A stretch of DNA of 64,000 nt from Octopus sinensis (GCF_006345805.1 NC_042997.1:78740001-78804000), one strand, 5' to 3'; shown: positions 38,513 to 53,052, counted from the stretch's first letter. Numbers and translations are program-made. Notes: generated by a model from the sequence alone, not told the origin.

Positions 38513-39682
38513 TCTCTCTCTCCCTCTTCATCCTTGTGTTTCAGACGACTTGTGCTGATCCCTTTCAGGTACATTAAGTTTATAATGACACAAATTAGTG
38601 TTACTATAAACAGTTTAGTTAATTAGGTGATACACGCATTGCAGTTCAAAGCTGACTGATCAACTTCGCTTTCCATTCTTTCAGTATCGATAAAATAAAG
38701 TACTAGTTATGAACGGGATTAGACTAGGATCTTATGAAATTTCTTCCGACCACTTGATATAATTCAATTTTTCTCTAGATTATTTTCAAAGGTACTTTTG
38801 ATTTAGTTTTGTTCTAGAAATTAATAAAATTACGAGCATTTAAGTTATGTCATTTTAGCCAATTGAAAGCCTGGTGAAAATTTCTACTGTAAGTGTTAGA
38901 TTAATATAGGTCATCCTATTCACTTCATTTATTTTTGCATTAAAGTACTGAACTTTCTGACACACTACGTATGAATCGTTCTAATAAAATCGTTACCAGC
39001 TTTGTGGTTTGCTCGGTAGGCAGTTTCAAGTAATTGTCTTCAATAAAGTAAAAAAATCTAATCACTCGATGTGATAATAATGTACAGTTGGTATTCAAGC
39101 TCGGTACACCATAGTTGAACTAATGTTCTTTACTCGGCAATTACTGGAAGGAGTGTATGAAACGATCACTTCTTTCTATTCGTATTCATATGTGTACGTG
39201 TGTTTGTATTGTGTATGCCGTATTCTAAATCAAATATTATATAAATAGATAAGAAAGTAATACCTCTGCTGGGTAATAACAGTCTTCTTTGTATGATTTC
39301 ATTTTAACAGTTTTATAAAGGTTTTACTTCTACTTTTACCACTCTGTTGTTCAGATGATGATTTCCTTCTAGGACAAATATGACTAATTGTGTACATTAA
39401 ATAGTCCAGTACTTTTTAAAATTCTGCTTCTGCAATGTGAGAAAATAAAACTGTCTTTCTGTGTGTCATTAACGTTATATTGCAAAATGTCTAGTCAGAC
39501 TTGTTACCATCTAAGCCAGCCCTACTGATTTGACAGAAAAAATCGCACGAATTTACCATACTTTTTAATTTTTTACTTTACTACATTTAGTATTTGACGG
39601 ACCTAAAATAACCTTTAAACACTTATGGTTTTTACTGTTCTAAGTTGAGGGACAGGAGTTTTTAATTTTTGTCAATGATTAT

Positions 39683-41097
39683 TGTCGTACGTGGGAAATG
39701 AAAAGACGTTCACCTGCCTTCCTCTCTCTCGTCTGCGCTCGTCCAGTAGTAGTCACTCCGGCGATCCTGCCCTACCCTCTCACCCAGTAATAAGCAGCTG
39801 CTGTCTCCAACCCGTGAGCGAACTCCCTGATGTCTGTTTGCAATGCCTCGGCCGGCCAAAAGAAGATTACCCTTTCTTTTCCTTCCCGAACTTCCCTTCT
39901 CACGCTTCCTCTTCCAGTCAGTCTCTTGATCATTGACATCATGGCCCTCTTCTTCCGGCCCATCCCCACATTCCCCCCGCCCCAATCTCAAAGATCACCT
40001 CCTCACTTCATATCGAAATCTACTACCCACCCGGGTGGGGGCTTCGCACGTTGTGATCTTAAAGTGGGAACCTCATTCTTTTCCTTTACTCTACAATCAT
40101 CATCAGACGAAGCGACAATTCTGCGAACATCCAAGATATGACGCGGCATTCCAGCCACAGAGATGTTGTTTTTGGAATTGACAGACGTCACTATTTCTCT
40201 GTTCCACTGAATTCTGCAGCATGCCTTTGGTGGTTTGACCCAGACTTCATCTCCCACCTCCGCAATGCCAGGCCCTCTCTCTTCTACAGGGCATCTCGAT
40301 GGTTTACTTAGATACTGCCATTCATATTTGAATATCCCTCTATGTGGCACAGACTCTTTGGCCTGTCCTGATCGGGCGACATATTGTACCAGAACACCGC
40401 TCCCGGCGGCGAGACATGTCACCTCTCCGCCATGGCCTTGATCGTTCGATGATGTCTCTCCACGATCCCATTTCCACTCGGCCTGTATGCCGCTCTGTCA
40501 AGCACCTCCTCCAGCGCCTCCGAACGAAATGCTGTGTTATTGTCCACCTCGTTTAGAATACGTGCCTTCTCGTCCAGAGTGCCTGTCCTCAATTCCTTCC
40601 AAATGGCCATCCTGCCCGGCCCACAATCGACCATTGAGAGATACGTCCCCTGCCGGTAGTGTGTTACATCCACTGCTAATCGTCCCCAGTTGTGCTCTAC
40701 CGAAACGTTTCCCTGCTCATGCACACCCGAGCAGGATCATTGTATTGACACCTATCGCAGTACCCGACCACCTCCTGGATGTTCCGTCTGGTAACATCGG
40801 CGTCAATCCTCCTGGCGAGATACAGGGTCCTATCCACGCCCAGATGATGCATGGCATGCAGTCTCCTTAGCTCGGAGTCATTTAACTGACACACCGCACC
40901 GTGGCTACCCCTTGCTTCGATTCTTCCAGCTCCCCTAACCAGGTCTTTTTTACCCTGGTTAGAACGTCTGCCTTGTTTCTCTCTGAAGGCACAAAGACCA
41001 CATTCAGCTTCAGGCTGAACTCGCCAATCAGCTCCCCTAGAATCCCTAGGCGGCGTTTCACTAGCATTTCTGCAGCCCCTTTGGTTCGCACCCTCTT
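39683..41097 (-). mobile_element. Gypsy-type LTR retrotransposon 3' fragment (RNase H end, integrase, PPT, 3' LTR 39683-39970)
   Basis: NKADVLTR, HHLG...CDRC, RLAVDVTHY, DNNTAFRS, YRPSGNGIVERHHRTIK; purine tract ggggcggggggaa then TG...CA 288-bp LTR. Confidence 0.88.
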
Positions 41098-41385
41098 TCT
41101 TTTTTCTTTCCTCCCCTATTCCTTTTGACTAATAACATTCTCCTCCTAACGTACATATCTATTCTCTTCTCTCTATCTACTTACTCCTACCAGTACATTC
41201 TCAAATTTTCATTCATACCACAAGATCCCTTTGAATGAACAGCACATGGAATTTATGCCTCCACACTATCCACTTGTAATAACAAAATATGAACTGCTAC
41301 CGGAATCTACATACCATAGACAAGAAGCATTTCTACCCATTCGACACAGCAATTGATAACTGTGGTGAAATAGTTAGATTCTTCT

Positions 41386-41444
<59 letters not shown>

Positions 41445-41560
41445 ATATGTATATGTATATGTATATGTATATATATATATAAAGGATTACTAAAAATTAG
41501 TCCCATTTTTTTGTATCCATTTTTATATACATATGGTGGCGTACATACACTTTGGTGTTA

Positions 41561-41678
<118 letters not shown>

Positions 41679-42394
41679 CAGATTGTGACCGGAATAAATA
41701 AACGAGTGATCTAAATTCGACAATAAAACTTTGAGAAAAATCAAGTAATAGACCGCAGTGTAAACGGGGTTTATTAAGCAAAAATTATTTTTGAGAGATC
41801 TTTTCGGCTGCTGTCAGAGAGTTCGTATTTTTATCAATTTCAAATATGGTTAGCTTTGTATGCTAATCATGAAAATGAAATTCATTTTTGCCATAAATTA
41901 ATAAATTATAAGTTATTAGCTTTTGTGTAAATTTAGCCAATCGAAAGCTACCATTATACACATGACCGTAAATTTCACATTTGTGTCTATTTCCATATTA
42001 ACAAGCAAAGCTGTAGTCTTCCCTGCTTTCATTATAACAAGGACGCTGTACTTGCACGTACTTTGACACTTTCACCACCGCAACTCCACTACAAGTTTTG
42101 ACGAAAATCATTTCGTAGCAGACAGCCATCACGCAAAAAATGCCGACTTCCGATCGCTGTTTTCTGATTGGCTAAAACTGATCAAACCTTAAACCTCTGT
42201 AAGAGTTTTCTAAATTTTTTCTGGAATAAATAAATCTCAAATTCGGATTAGCTTGAAAATTTATGCCAATATACCAAAGTTTAAAATATTTGTTACTTAA
42301 AATTTCCAAATCTGTGGCAGCAACTGAAAGGATTCCTTTTGAAAAATGCTAATAATATATGTTTTACTTTCTACATGTTTCCCATTTTTTGCAG

Positions 42395-42505
42395 GTTATC
42401 TACTTTACTGCTACATTTCCATATGTTGTTCTGATAATATTTTTTTTCCGCGGAGTTACGCTGTCAAACTTTTATGTCGGCCTTAAACACCTGTTTATAC
42501 CAAAA
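42395..42505 (+). CDS. SLC6 transporter exon D (TM5)
   Basis: ttttttgcag acceptor, gtatg donor; VIYFTATFPYVVLIIFFFRGVTL...LFIPK. Confidence 0.95.
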
Positions 42506-42868
42506 GTATGCTTATCTTTTCTATCTAAATTTTGTTCGTGATTTTCATAATTGTTGATAAGGACAAGAAATATTCACAATACCGTAGATCACATTCAGTT
42601 AAGATATGCTCTTCAAAGTTTGGACAGTCAACTCAGATGGGAAAACATAAGTTTACGTTTTCCTGACTGAAAGAAATGAATGTTCTTAAAGGGTATGAAT
42701 GATACATAAATTAATCTCTCTGTGCAATTTTGTGTATGCTATTAGCTGTAATATATAATTACGGTTACATATATAAGTGCCTCTATGTATACATACATAA
42801 GTTGTCGACTTATATGTACGCCGAAAATTGCAAATGTGCAACTTACATACACATATATATATATAGTA

Positions 42869-43208
42869 GTGTGAAGGCGCATGGGTCAGTGGTTAGAGCG
42901 TCAAGCTTACGATCGTGAGGTTGTGAGCTCGAATCCCGGACTGGGCTGCGTGTTGTGTTCTTGAGCAAGACACTTTATTTCACGTTGCTCCAGATCACTC
43001 AGCTGTAAAAAGGAGTTGTGACGTCACAGGTGCCAAGCTGTATCGGCCTTTGCCTTCCCCTTGGATAACACTGGTGGTGTGGAGAGGGAAGGCCGGTATG
43101 CATGGGCGACTGCTGGTCTTCCATAAACAACCTTTCCCGGACTTGTGCCTGGGAGGGTAACTTTCTAGGTGCAATCCAATGGTCTGTATCGTGACCGAAG
43201 GGGGTCTC
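42869..43208 (+). mobile_element. tRNA-derived SINE
   Basis: gtgaaggcgcatgggtcagtggttagagcg, B-box-like gagctcgaatccc, gtgttcttgagcaagacact core. Confidence 0.85.
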
Positions 43209-43456
43209 AGATATATAGTAGAATTGAAATTGCAACGATTACTAATCGGTGCAATTGAAACATGTGTTGGTCTTAAAAGGCAATATATAATTATAGATTT
43301 CAAGGTAATGCTATAGCTACTTCGGAATAATCCTTGTTTTCAATATTGTATGTGTGTATGTATGTGTGTGTGCATGTATGTATGTGTATATAGTGCATAC
43401 ACACACATACATACCTATATATATACATACATATATATATATGTGTGTGTGTGTGT

Positions 43457-43760
43457 GGAGGCGCAATGGCCCAGTGGTTAGGGCAGCGGACTCGCGGTCG
43501 GAGGATCGCGGTTTCGATTCCCAGACCGGGCGTTGTGCGTGTTTATTGCGCGAAAACACCAAAAAGCTCCACTAGGCTCCGGCAGGGGGTGGTGATCCCT
43601 GCTGTACTCTTTCACCACTCTTTCTCCCACTGTTTCTTCTGTTGGCCTGCTCGCTTAGCCAGCGGGGTGGCGTCGTTCGAAGGCTAAAACAATGCAAACG
43701 CATTGTGACCAGCGATGTGTAGCAACATCTGATGGTCTGGTCGGTCACGTGGTCACGTGA
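43457..43760 (+). mobile_element. tRNA(Arg)-like SINE, full length
   Basis: A-box tggcccagtgg, B-box ggtttcgattccc, ggtcacgt tail repeats; second copy at 17510-17711. Confidence 0.9.
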
Positions 43761-44383
43761 TATATATATATATATATATATTCACTCATGAACCTAGATA
43801 GTATAATTTTATTACATCTCAGAGAGATATTTAATCTCTGAGAGTACAAGACACGTAGTCGATGCTATAACTTTATTTCCATGTACATTAACCAAGCGAG
43901 ATGTATCTAAAATATACCACATACAGAAAATATGGAATATCAGCCATTAGCTACCTTGTAGGATTATTGACTTCGTCAGCTGGTGTTGCCCTAAATACAT
44001 CCACTCACTTTGCTACTTGGAAGTGAAAAAAAACATTAAAGATACTTGGTTGAGATAAAATTATCATATGTAGGGTACAAATGTAAAAATGATATGATTA
44101 TATGAAAACACAATTGGTACATTAACGTTGATTTTTCTGTCCAGTGTTAGATTAATTAAAAACCAATACAAGTCACTTAAAACCTCTCTGAAATGTACAG
44201 GCGACATGTAGCTTGCAAAGGTTTTAGAAATTGAAGAATTAACTATTTCACAACTCAAATATTCTCGATTCGCAAAGATAATTACAAATATAGTTTTAAT
44301 AATATTGAACGAAATCTTTAGAATTTACTAATCAGTAAATTCAATTAACGACCTTATTAATAAATATTTTCTTTGCTTTGCAG

Positions 44384-44585
44384 TTTGAAAAGTTAGCAAA
44401 TCCACAAGTATGGCTTGAAGCGGCAACACAGATTTTCTATTCATTAAGTCTTGGTTTTGGTGGTTTGATGGCCATGTCATCATATAATCCTCTCAGAAAC
44501 AACTGCTATAAAGACACATTCATTGTTGTTTTCGTTAACTGTGGAACATCAGTATTTGCCGGCATTGTCATTTTCTCTATATTAG
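44384..44585 (+). CDS. SLC6 transporter exon E (TM6-TM7)
   Basis: ctttgcag acceptor, gtaag donor; [27 protein letters not shown]...[17 protein letters not shown]. Confidence 0.95.
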
Positions 44586-44742
44586 GTAAGGTACACATAT
44601 ATACATACATACAACTCTTTCTCTATTGGCAAGAAATCTTGAAATAAAAAACTAAATAATGACATACATATACACATTTGTACGCACGTATGTACGTACG
44701 TATATATATACATGCATGCATGCATATACGTGTGGTGCATTC

Positions 44743-44773
<31 letters not shown>

Positions 44774-44945
44774 CACTTGGTTTAAGATTTTAAGAAATAA
44801 GAATCATCTTGAACAACATAGATACCAGTTTCAAGGTTAACACTTATATTTAAGGTTAAATGTTCAATGAAAATATTCTTACACTGTTTACAGATCCTAG
44901 TTTTGCTATTTTTTCTGTCTTGTTTATGCCTGTTTTAATAACAAT

Positions 44946-45245
44946 TGAAGGCACGTAGCTTAGTGATTAGGATATTCGACTCACGATCGTAAAGTTGTTT
45001 TCGATTCCCGGTGGTGCGCTGTCAGCAATAAGACACTTTATTTCATGTGGCTCCAGTCAACTGAGGTGGAGAAAACGATTTGTACCTGTAATTCGAAGTG
45101 TTAGCCATATCGCATTCTGTGTCATGTTGAATCTCCCCGAGAACTACCTCATGGTAAGCGTGTCTGTGGAGCGCTCAGTCACTTGCACGTTAATTTTACG
45201 AGCAGGTTGTTCCGTTGTATCGGAACAACTGGAACCCTCGTCATC
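44946..45245 (+). mobile_element. tRNA-derived SINE (same family as 57650-57951, opposite strand)
   Basis: tgaaggcacgtagcttagtgattaggatattcg...ttcgattcccgg and body gagaactac...cacttgcacgtt. Confidence 0.82.
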
Positions 45246-47694
45246 AATTTTCTTGCAGAGATCGTTATACCGATCACATGAAATCACAGACGCCATCTTT
45301 AACAGTCATGTTTCTAGTTCAACAGCTAGTTAGCGTAATTCCTTACCTTTCACACTCTTCCGCATATCAGAATTAGAATCATTTGGTATTTTAGCAGTAC
45401 AAAACTAATACCTGGCTTCAAATAATTACAAAACTAAATTAAAAAGTAAAATAAAAGGAATTGCTATTATCGTATGCCTCTTGTGAAACCACTACGATAA
45501 GACGATTGACTACATCGTTTCTGGTTAACATTTTCTTACCAACTCTGAGTATATTTATAAAGTCGAAAGAGCCAGCAGCTATGTTTATTGAGCAATATAC
45601 CGACACTTCGATGTGAAAGTGAATAAGGAGAAGTATAAACATGTAGCAAATACGATACATGATTTGGCCAAAAGCATCCGGAACACTCTCCATGACGTAG
45701 ACCATAACCATCGTCTGTACTGAAACACATAATACCAAGCACAAAACAGGTACTATACACAAACATCATCCAACACCTGATGAAACACTAAACAATGTCA
45801 GGAACAATAAACAATGACAGGAACCCCACTACTGGTTCACAGACACAATCTACATTCCTAAAAGAATAATACATATAATTCTAGACTGCTGACGTGCACC
45901 TGAAAGTGCAGTTGAAACCTATATGTGCCTGAGAGTTTTGGTATGGTTAATGTTTACATGTATTTTTATCATTCATATTGTTTCTTTTTCAGGCCCCATA
46001 TTTAAGTTATCTTCCAATCTATGATTTTGGATAATCTACTTCTAGATCTTTATATTTGGATAATTTCTCCATTTCGTTTGGAGATACATTATCATCTGTT
46101 GGGATTGAGAAGCATTTCTTTTCTTAATGATCCTTGATAGCAATATCTAGTCGAATAACCTCGATCGTGTGTGTGTGTGTGTGCTGACATATTCCAGAGT
46201 ATAGTTACTCGGAGATTTATACAATCTTTTTTTTTTTCGTTTTCACAGAGCTGGTGTAATTTCTAGAATGTACCTCTTAAACTTGTCACGTCTGTGGCTG
46301 TTCTCTTTCTCAGTAAAACTGGGCACCTAGAAACCATGTGGTTGTTTCTTCCCTGCTTCCACATATTCTCCAATTACTTATTGTACTTTATTACATTATC
46401 TGGGGTTTTTTCTGGTGAGGTTTTGCTCTTTTACCGCAATAACAAATCCTTCGATCTCAACTCCGCCTCTCAATCTTCCAGTTTTGATAAAATAAAGTAC
46501 CAGTCAAGTATTGGATCGATGGAGTCGAATACATCCATCTCCTGAAAATTGTTGGTTTTTATGCCTACATCATAAAATTTATTATAGGCACTTAATAGGA
46601 TGCTATATACCGAAATTTATTTATGTAAGATTTTCTATGCTATTCCTCGATTCGTAACTCCTAGTTCTCCCATGACTGGGACTGTTCTTGTATTAAACAT
46701 TCTCGATATTTCAATATCAAGGTCTTTATACTTGAAGAGCTTTTCTATCTCCTTTGTTGTTATTCTGGCAAGTCACATCAGTACAATACTTGAGTCATTT
46801 TATTATGGAATGACATCCGGCCAGCTATGTTTTATTCCTTTGTATGTACTGCATATCCTTGAGAATTTTCTTTCATTTTCTATCAGTCTCTGGTATATGC
46901 ATGTACATTTTTCTACAACTTGAGACATTTATTCCCTTACATATCTTCCAACGAAAGTGTATAGCAAACTTATCGTGTTCTCTTATATACTGTGAACAGT
47001 CAATGTGAGTGTGCAGCCTATAAATCGGTTTCATACTCTGCTTCAGAATATACCTTTTATAATGTCTCTTTGGGAGTCACTTACTCTTGAGCTGTAATTA
47101 TAAAGCCTCCCGTCTTCTCTTTTCACTGCGATCTTAGAATTGGATTTTCGTCGTTAGTCGTTTTTGGAACTGTCCACGAAGAGATTTCAATTTGCAGCTA
47201 TGATCATCATCCCAATTGCACTTCATAATAATTCCTTCTTTAATTCCTTAACTTCTTATTTTCTATTCTTTCTTTAGTACTCAATCTCTGGTTTTGACGA
47301 ATCTATAAACAGTTCCCATTTTACTAAATATGTTTGCGTTTCTTTGTATACAGAGTGTAACTTCTTGTACTTGAGTGTCTTTCTTTTATGGGGTCGGTGT
47401 TACGTCCTATTGTACCGGTTTTGTAGACCATATTAACTTATATTTAACCTTTTCTTCTATTCTGAAAATACAAGCGATGTTTGTTGGTCTAAATTTTAGC
47501 AATCATTTTCTTGTTTCCGCGTCTAGTTTTTCATTACTTGCTTATTTCAGTTTAATGTAGTAAACCTACTGCAGTTCTCATCTGCTCCGAATATTCTTAA
47601 CAAGAAGTTAATTTGCTAGTCAGTGTTTACTGACTTCGTAAATCTGCATCTTTTGGAAGTGGCCGCTGCGCAATTGTCAAACTGATGTCAGTTA

Positions 47695-49307
47695 TCTCTA
47701 TATATATAAAACTGAGAATGTGTCTGTCTGTCTGTGTGTTTCCCTAAAACTTGAGAACTACACAACCAATTCCATTCAAATTTTACACATGCCTTACTTA
47801 GGGTCCATGTAGTTTCATGGTAAAAAAAATGTTCAACTTCTTGCCTAGGGCGAGCCCATAGCAATATCATATCTTCTCCACTATTTCAGTATTACGTGTT
47901 AAAAGTGAAACAAAATCATTTCTCTATTTTATGTCTGATACTTTCACTTTAAGAGTAAAAATTAGAGATAATAATAACAATTGAATTATATGTAGTAAGT
48001 AATAATTAAAATCAAACTAAAGTATAATATAATCGTAACATAACAAAAGTAAAAATAGCAATTGGTATAAAATTGCATCAATGACTTGAACTTGAATAAG
48101 TGGTTTCACATGAATGGGAATAAATTAAAAATAAAAATAGTGTGCAGAAATGGAATAGTTCAGATGGTGCTGTGCACAAACCCTTTACTACGGCTTTTAC
48201 ATTAGATTATCTGCTAATTAGCTAGCATTAAGTACCTATTTGAAGTTTGGCTGTATGTAATGTCTGTTTTCTCGAACAGCCGCTCCTACTGAGTATTGCT
48301 GTTGGTTTATTTCTTATACATAAAGGACTATAGCTTCAACTGTGTACTGCTTTTTGATTCACCGTAAGGTTTGTTGTTATTATTATTACTGTTTAACTAT
48401 TGTTATCACATTTGTTGATTCCTCATAAGGGAAACGTTGTTGTGTTGCATTTGTTAAATAATTGTAAACCGTAACCCTCCCCCTATGGGAGAAGGAGCTT
48501 TGGTTATTGTTTAAAAATTGAATTGTGTCCTTGTTTGGGGAAATTGACAATATTTTCACCGTTTATACGGAAGCATTTTTGTTAGAATGCCTTCGATAGA
48601 AGAAAGTCCAAAAATGAATTTCGCTGCAGCCGTCGGCGGGCGCGAACTCATTAAAATTAAAATGGAAGAAATACAAAAATATTTCGGATTGATCACCGAC
48701 AAAGACGGTGAATCTAGGATAACACCACCAAACGAAATAAAAAATTAAATTAAAGAAAAAAATATTGTCTATAAAGTATACAATGTAGAGAAAAAAAGGA
48801 TTTGAACACCTGGAGGAAAGCACCATCGAAAAGTGTCTTGGTGCGACTATGAAAGATATCTAACCAGAGGCGATAAATTCGCCACAATAGAAGCAAGGTT
48901 CGAGTCAACGGAGCGTGCAAGGGAGTACTCGACTCGAACCTTGCAAAGTGGAAATATTTTATTTTTACCTTTATATCTGGGACGTAGGACGTCCCGGATA
49001 AAAATTTAAAATGTCCCCCCCAGAGGTAGAGGTAGGCTGGGTTGTAGCCACACTTCTATACAAGAGGGAGGACAAGATACAATTGATCGAAATTGCAAGA
49101 GACGGGCCTACAATTCCAGTCTGTTATATATTTTGAATATTGTTATCACTAGCGATATCAAGATATAACTTTATATTTTGTATTTTATGCGTAGATGTAT
49201 ACATATATAGATGTACATGTAATATGTACACATATATATACACATATATATACACATATATGCATGCACTAACACTATGACCCGGCGTTGCCGGGCCATA
49301 ATGCTAG
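47695..49307 (+). mobile_element. Non-autonomous Helitron (1613 bp) carrying an ORF1 fragment
   Basis: A|TC start, hairpin cccggcgttgccggg at 49281-49295, CTAG|T end. Confidence 0.88.
48587..49108 (+). pseudogene. N-terminal fragment of an L1/Tx1-type ORF1, homologous to 18312-19790
   Basis: ITPPNEI...VYKVYNVEKKRI...IEKCL...YLTRGDKFATIEARFES...LPLYLGRRTSRIKI..VPPEVEVGWVVATLL aligns by eye with LAPPEDL...IFETLNVSSRRI...IEECL...YGAVEVRF...YYGRRVAGVRV..VSPEMDETWLVAAIM; contains stops and frameshifts. Confidence 0.75.
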
Positions 49308-51286
49308 TAGTTTAATAATTTGTAAAAGATTTTCCCGTTGTATCTCGGATTTGGTACATAACTTGATATTATCCATATTGAACAAATAACAAGTCTTAAT
49401 CACCCCTCAATCTTTACCTCTATCCCTGTACAGTTTAGGGCTGCTCTTAATGGGGCTAACGTTACACAGAACAAAAACGGCGAAAGCGCTGCTACTGCAG
49501 TTGTTGTTGTTGTTGTTGTTTTTGCTTGTTTTATTTATTTGCTTTTTTGAATTGAGGTCACAAGCGGTGTTTATGAAACTAAACTTTCTTATTGGCATAG
49601 AATTTTTCATGTAAATTATTTCCGTTTCAATCACTACGACACACAAATTTCCTCTTCTTCTCAGATCATGTTTTACAGCCACATACTCTGTTTTTGTTGT
49701 TGTTGCTGCTGTTTTTGCCTGTTTCATTTATTTGTTTAATTGCTTTTACTGGAGCATTGAAAACTGCCTGTTTACCTTCAGTTCTCAAACATCAATTATC
49801 TCTCGGAACATCAATTACTATTATTATTGAAACCGTTCTGCACGCACTCGTTCAATGTCCGGTTATTACTAACTCGTGGAGTTGCGTCAAAGGGAAGTTG
49901 TGAATATAGGAATGATCCAGCTATCGGCCGAATCCATCATAAGAATCGTCTTACTCCCTTTCTTTGGCCGAGAAGGGCAGGTAGTTTTCTTGTTTGGTAG
50001 ACAAGTTTGAAAGAACTGACAGACGAGTTCCTCTTCAGCCTAACCCTCAACTTCAAGTTACACTGAAGTGCAAGATGAGAAGAAAAAGGGGGTGCTTCCC
50101 TCCACTAAATTTGCTAGAAGTTGGATATCAGTGGCGAGAATGGCTCTTGTAACCATTCACCACGAAATTTTATGTCGAAGAACACAGATGAGAGAGAACA
50201 CTTGTACTTGATAATCAAAATTATTCTGGATTTGTGGGGTTCCTTGATTGAACCAAGATGGCTATCTTCCTAATAGGTCGTCTCATGTCATGCCTTTTGT
50301 ATATTTTTCCGTGCTTGAATTTCGTTTTTTCCTTAATTTATTCTTCATAAACCTTCCGTTTTCTTAATTTGTTCATATATTGTCCTCTTCATCTGCCTTC
50401 CTGCATGTCGTTGGTACGCTAACGATACAGTTGCAGGTTTGCAGCAAGAATTAGAAGACATTGAAGATTGGTGTGTTAGAATAATAGAAAGATTTAGATT
50501 TGTGTAGAGGTGTCCCTAATCACCGTGACCGTGTTAGTAAGCTCCTTGATCACGTATTCCTCGTTAGTTTGGCATTTGAACCATAAAATAATCTTCCTAA
50601 CATGACTAAGTATATTTATGTACACTTAAGAGATTAATTCATTTGCTATGTAATGAAAGGAATAACACTTAGTCATGCGCACGAAAACACACAAATACTC
50701 ACACACACAAATATGTGTGTGCATACATACACGCGCGCACACACACACACATATGTAAGTAGTTTTAGAGGCAGAACCACCTTCAACTCAATCAACACTG
50801 AAATATTTTATACCCGACCACTCCATAAAATGTTAAATATTAAATTTTATACTAACTATATCTATTCTGAATTCCGTATTTTCCGTTTATAAGACTACAC
50901 GTGTTTCATGAAAGTATTGATATGATACGAGGTTATGTAATGAGGCTCGTGTTTTTTGTGGCTTTAAAAACAGAGGCAATGAAACAGAGGCAACTAAAGA
51001 AGGGGAATTTTCCTTGTGTTGTATGTCCTGTACTCTATTTTTTCGTTGTTTAAGAAGAATGTCCATTTCTTTGGTTTTGTGTTTATGTTTTCGTTTCTCA
51101 TTGTGTTCGACGTTTTTTTGGTGTCCTGTACCCATATATGCATGTATTATACATGTAGATGTAGGTACGTACATATATGGTAGATGTAGGTACGTACATA
51201 TATGTATGTATATATGCATATGTTTTATTTATTAATTTGTTATTATATGACGGAACGCACGCATCCATTTCTAAGTAAGTTTGTTT

Positions 51287-51394
<108 letters not shown>

Positions 51395-51469
51395 ATATTG
51401 TCAATATATATATATATTGTCAAAATAAACTCTGAAACCCACAAAAAACATGAGACTCATTACATAACC

Positions 51470-51675
51470 TTGATTTTTGTAGTGGGCAGATAGCACTGGG
51501 GCCAAGTCTTGGGTAGATTCTAAAATTGATACCAACATTATTTGTACAATATTGATGGAATGTTTTCCACATCACACAAATGATGTAGCGCTCCCGGCGG
51601 CGGTGGAGAGAGTAGAGATTGAGTTTTTTTAGTCGACCCCAATTGTCAATGCCGATCATGCCATCTATTTTTCAT
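51470..51675 (-). mobile_element. CR1-type LINE fragment
   Basis: WGRLKKLNLYSLHRRRERYII, similar to the 53246-54001 frame. Confidence 0.75.
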
Positions 51676-51859
51676 ATATACATATATGTATATATGTGTA
51701 TGTGTGTGCATATATATCCATGTGTGTGCAATCGCTGGTGCTATTTTGTATCCTTTATTCATTAATTCCTTTTTGGTTTTTAATTGCTAGCAAGCCATTC
51801 ATTCATACTATAATGTGTTTGATATATCTTAATATATTTATATATCATTGTAGTATTTT

Positions 51860-51941
<82 letters not shown>

Positions 51942-52069
51942 GTATGCATGCATGTATGTATGTATGTATGTATGTATGTATGTATGTATGTATGTATGTA
52001 TGTATGTATGTATGTATGTATGTATGTATTATGTATGTATGTATGTATGTATGTATGTATGGAATAAAC

Positions 52070-52720
52070 AATTCTCGAGAAAAAAATTCACGAAAAAATT
52101 ATTTGCGAAGATATCATTGACTCTGTTATTATCTAGTGTATCGGTTTAAAAATGATAATAACAGAATCAATAATATAGGCAACATCAGACCCCCCAAAAA
52201 GCATTAAATAGCTGAAGAATTAAAATTAATCAAAGGACTTACTAAGTGTATACCTGCTGGAAAATAACAGTAAAAATTCTTGTTTAAATCGCCAAAATAC
52301 ACTGATAATAACTACAGAAACCAACCGTCCGAAGGCAAACGGGCCACGACAATCTCTCAGCACACATTCAAATATTTGGGCTCACGTGGATAATAGACTT
52401 GCATAATAGCCTAACCTCCCTCAGCACGCGTTACTATGTCAGAGAGCCCCAACCCGTCGTGTTGAAGTCTGCGCTGCAACTGATTCGTTTTGCGCCGAAA
52501 TTATGTCAGCTAAATGTGTGAAAATAATTTCAATATGGACCAAATAATTCTCGAGAAAAAAATCACGAAAAAATAATTTGAGAAGATATCATTGACTCTG
52601 TTATTATCTAGTATAACAACTTTACAATGATAATAACAGAATCAATAATATAGGCGATTGGAGCCCCCAACCTCAAATGTTGCACTAGATAATAACAGAG
52701 TCAATGATATCTTCGCAAAT
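52070..52720. repeat. MITE-like structure: perfect 38-bp inverted repeat plus ~110-bp direct duplication
   Basis: atttgcgaagatatcattgactctgttattatctagtg at 52101-52138, reverse complement at 52683-52720; 52070-52182 repeated at 52546-52656. Confidence 0.85.
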
Positions 52721-52987
52721 TAAAAGAGTAAAAAAGAGAGACAGACAGACAGACAGAAAAAAAGAAAATATCCCTTGCATTTGAAAACTATGGAAATATT
52801 TTTTTAAAACATTTCATTTAATTTTTCCATAATTTAAGTTGAAAAGCCGCAAAGGTTGAAACCGGTACTAAAACTTTCTTCGTGATGAAATTATTTTAGC
52901 ATTTCTACCTTGTCTTATTTTCCGTATACATATCAACTCCTGTGTTCCTTTTCAACCTTATACGTATAAATATATATATATATTAAT

Positions 52988-53052
<65 letters not shown>

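Larger units (their letters stand above)
45990..50500 (-). mobile_element. Old Dong/R4 LINE remnants, interrupted by a Helitron
   Basis: Minus-strand IPTDDNVSPNEMEKLSKYKDLE (~46050-46110), KYKDLDIEISRM (~46700-46735), YLFNMDNIKL (degenerate YMDD, ~49360-49395). Confidence 0.65.

Noticed and set aside
43457-43530. tRNA-Arg-like sequence, and similar heads at 42869, 44946 and 9500-9578
   Set aside because: SINE heads: no proper acceptor stem, and they continue into shared SINE bodies.
45885-45920. ctgacg-tgcac..gtgca-gttgaaac hammerhead-like motif
   Set aside because: The core is not CTGANGA, extra bases precede GAAA, and there is no stem III/NUH.
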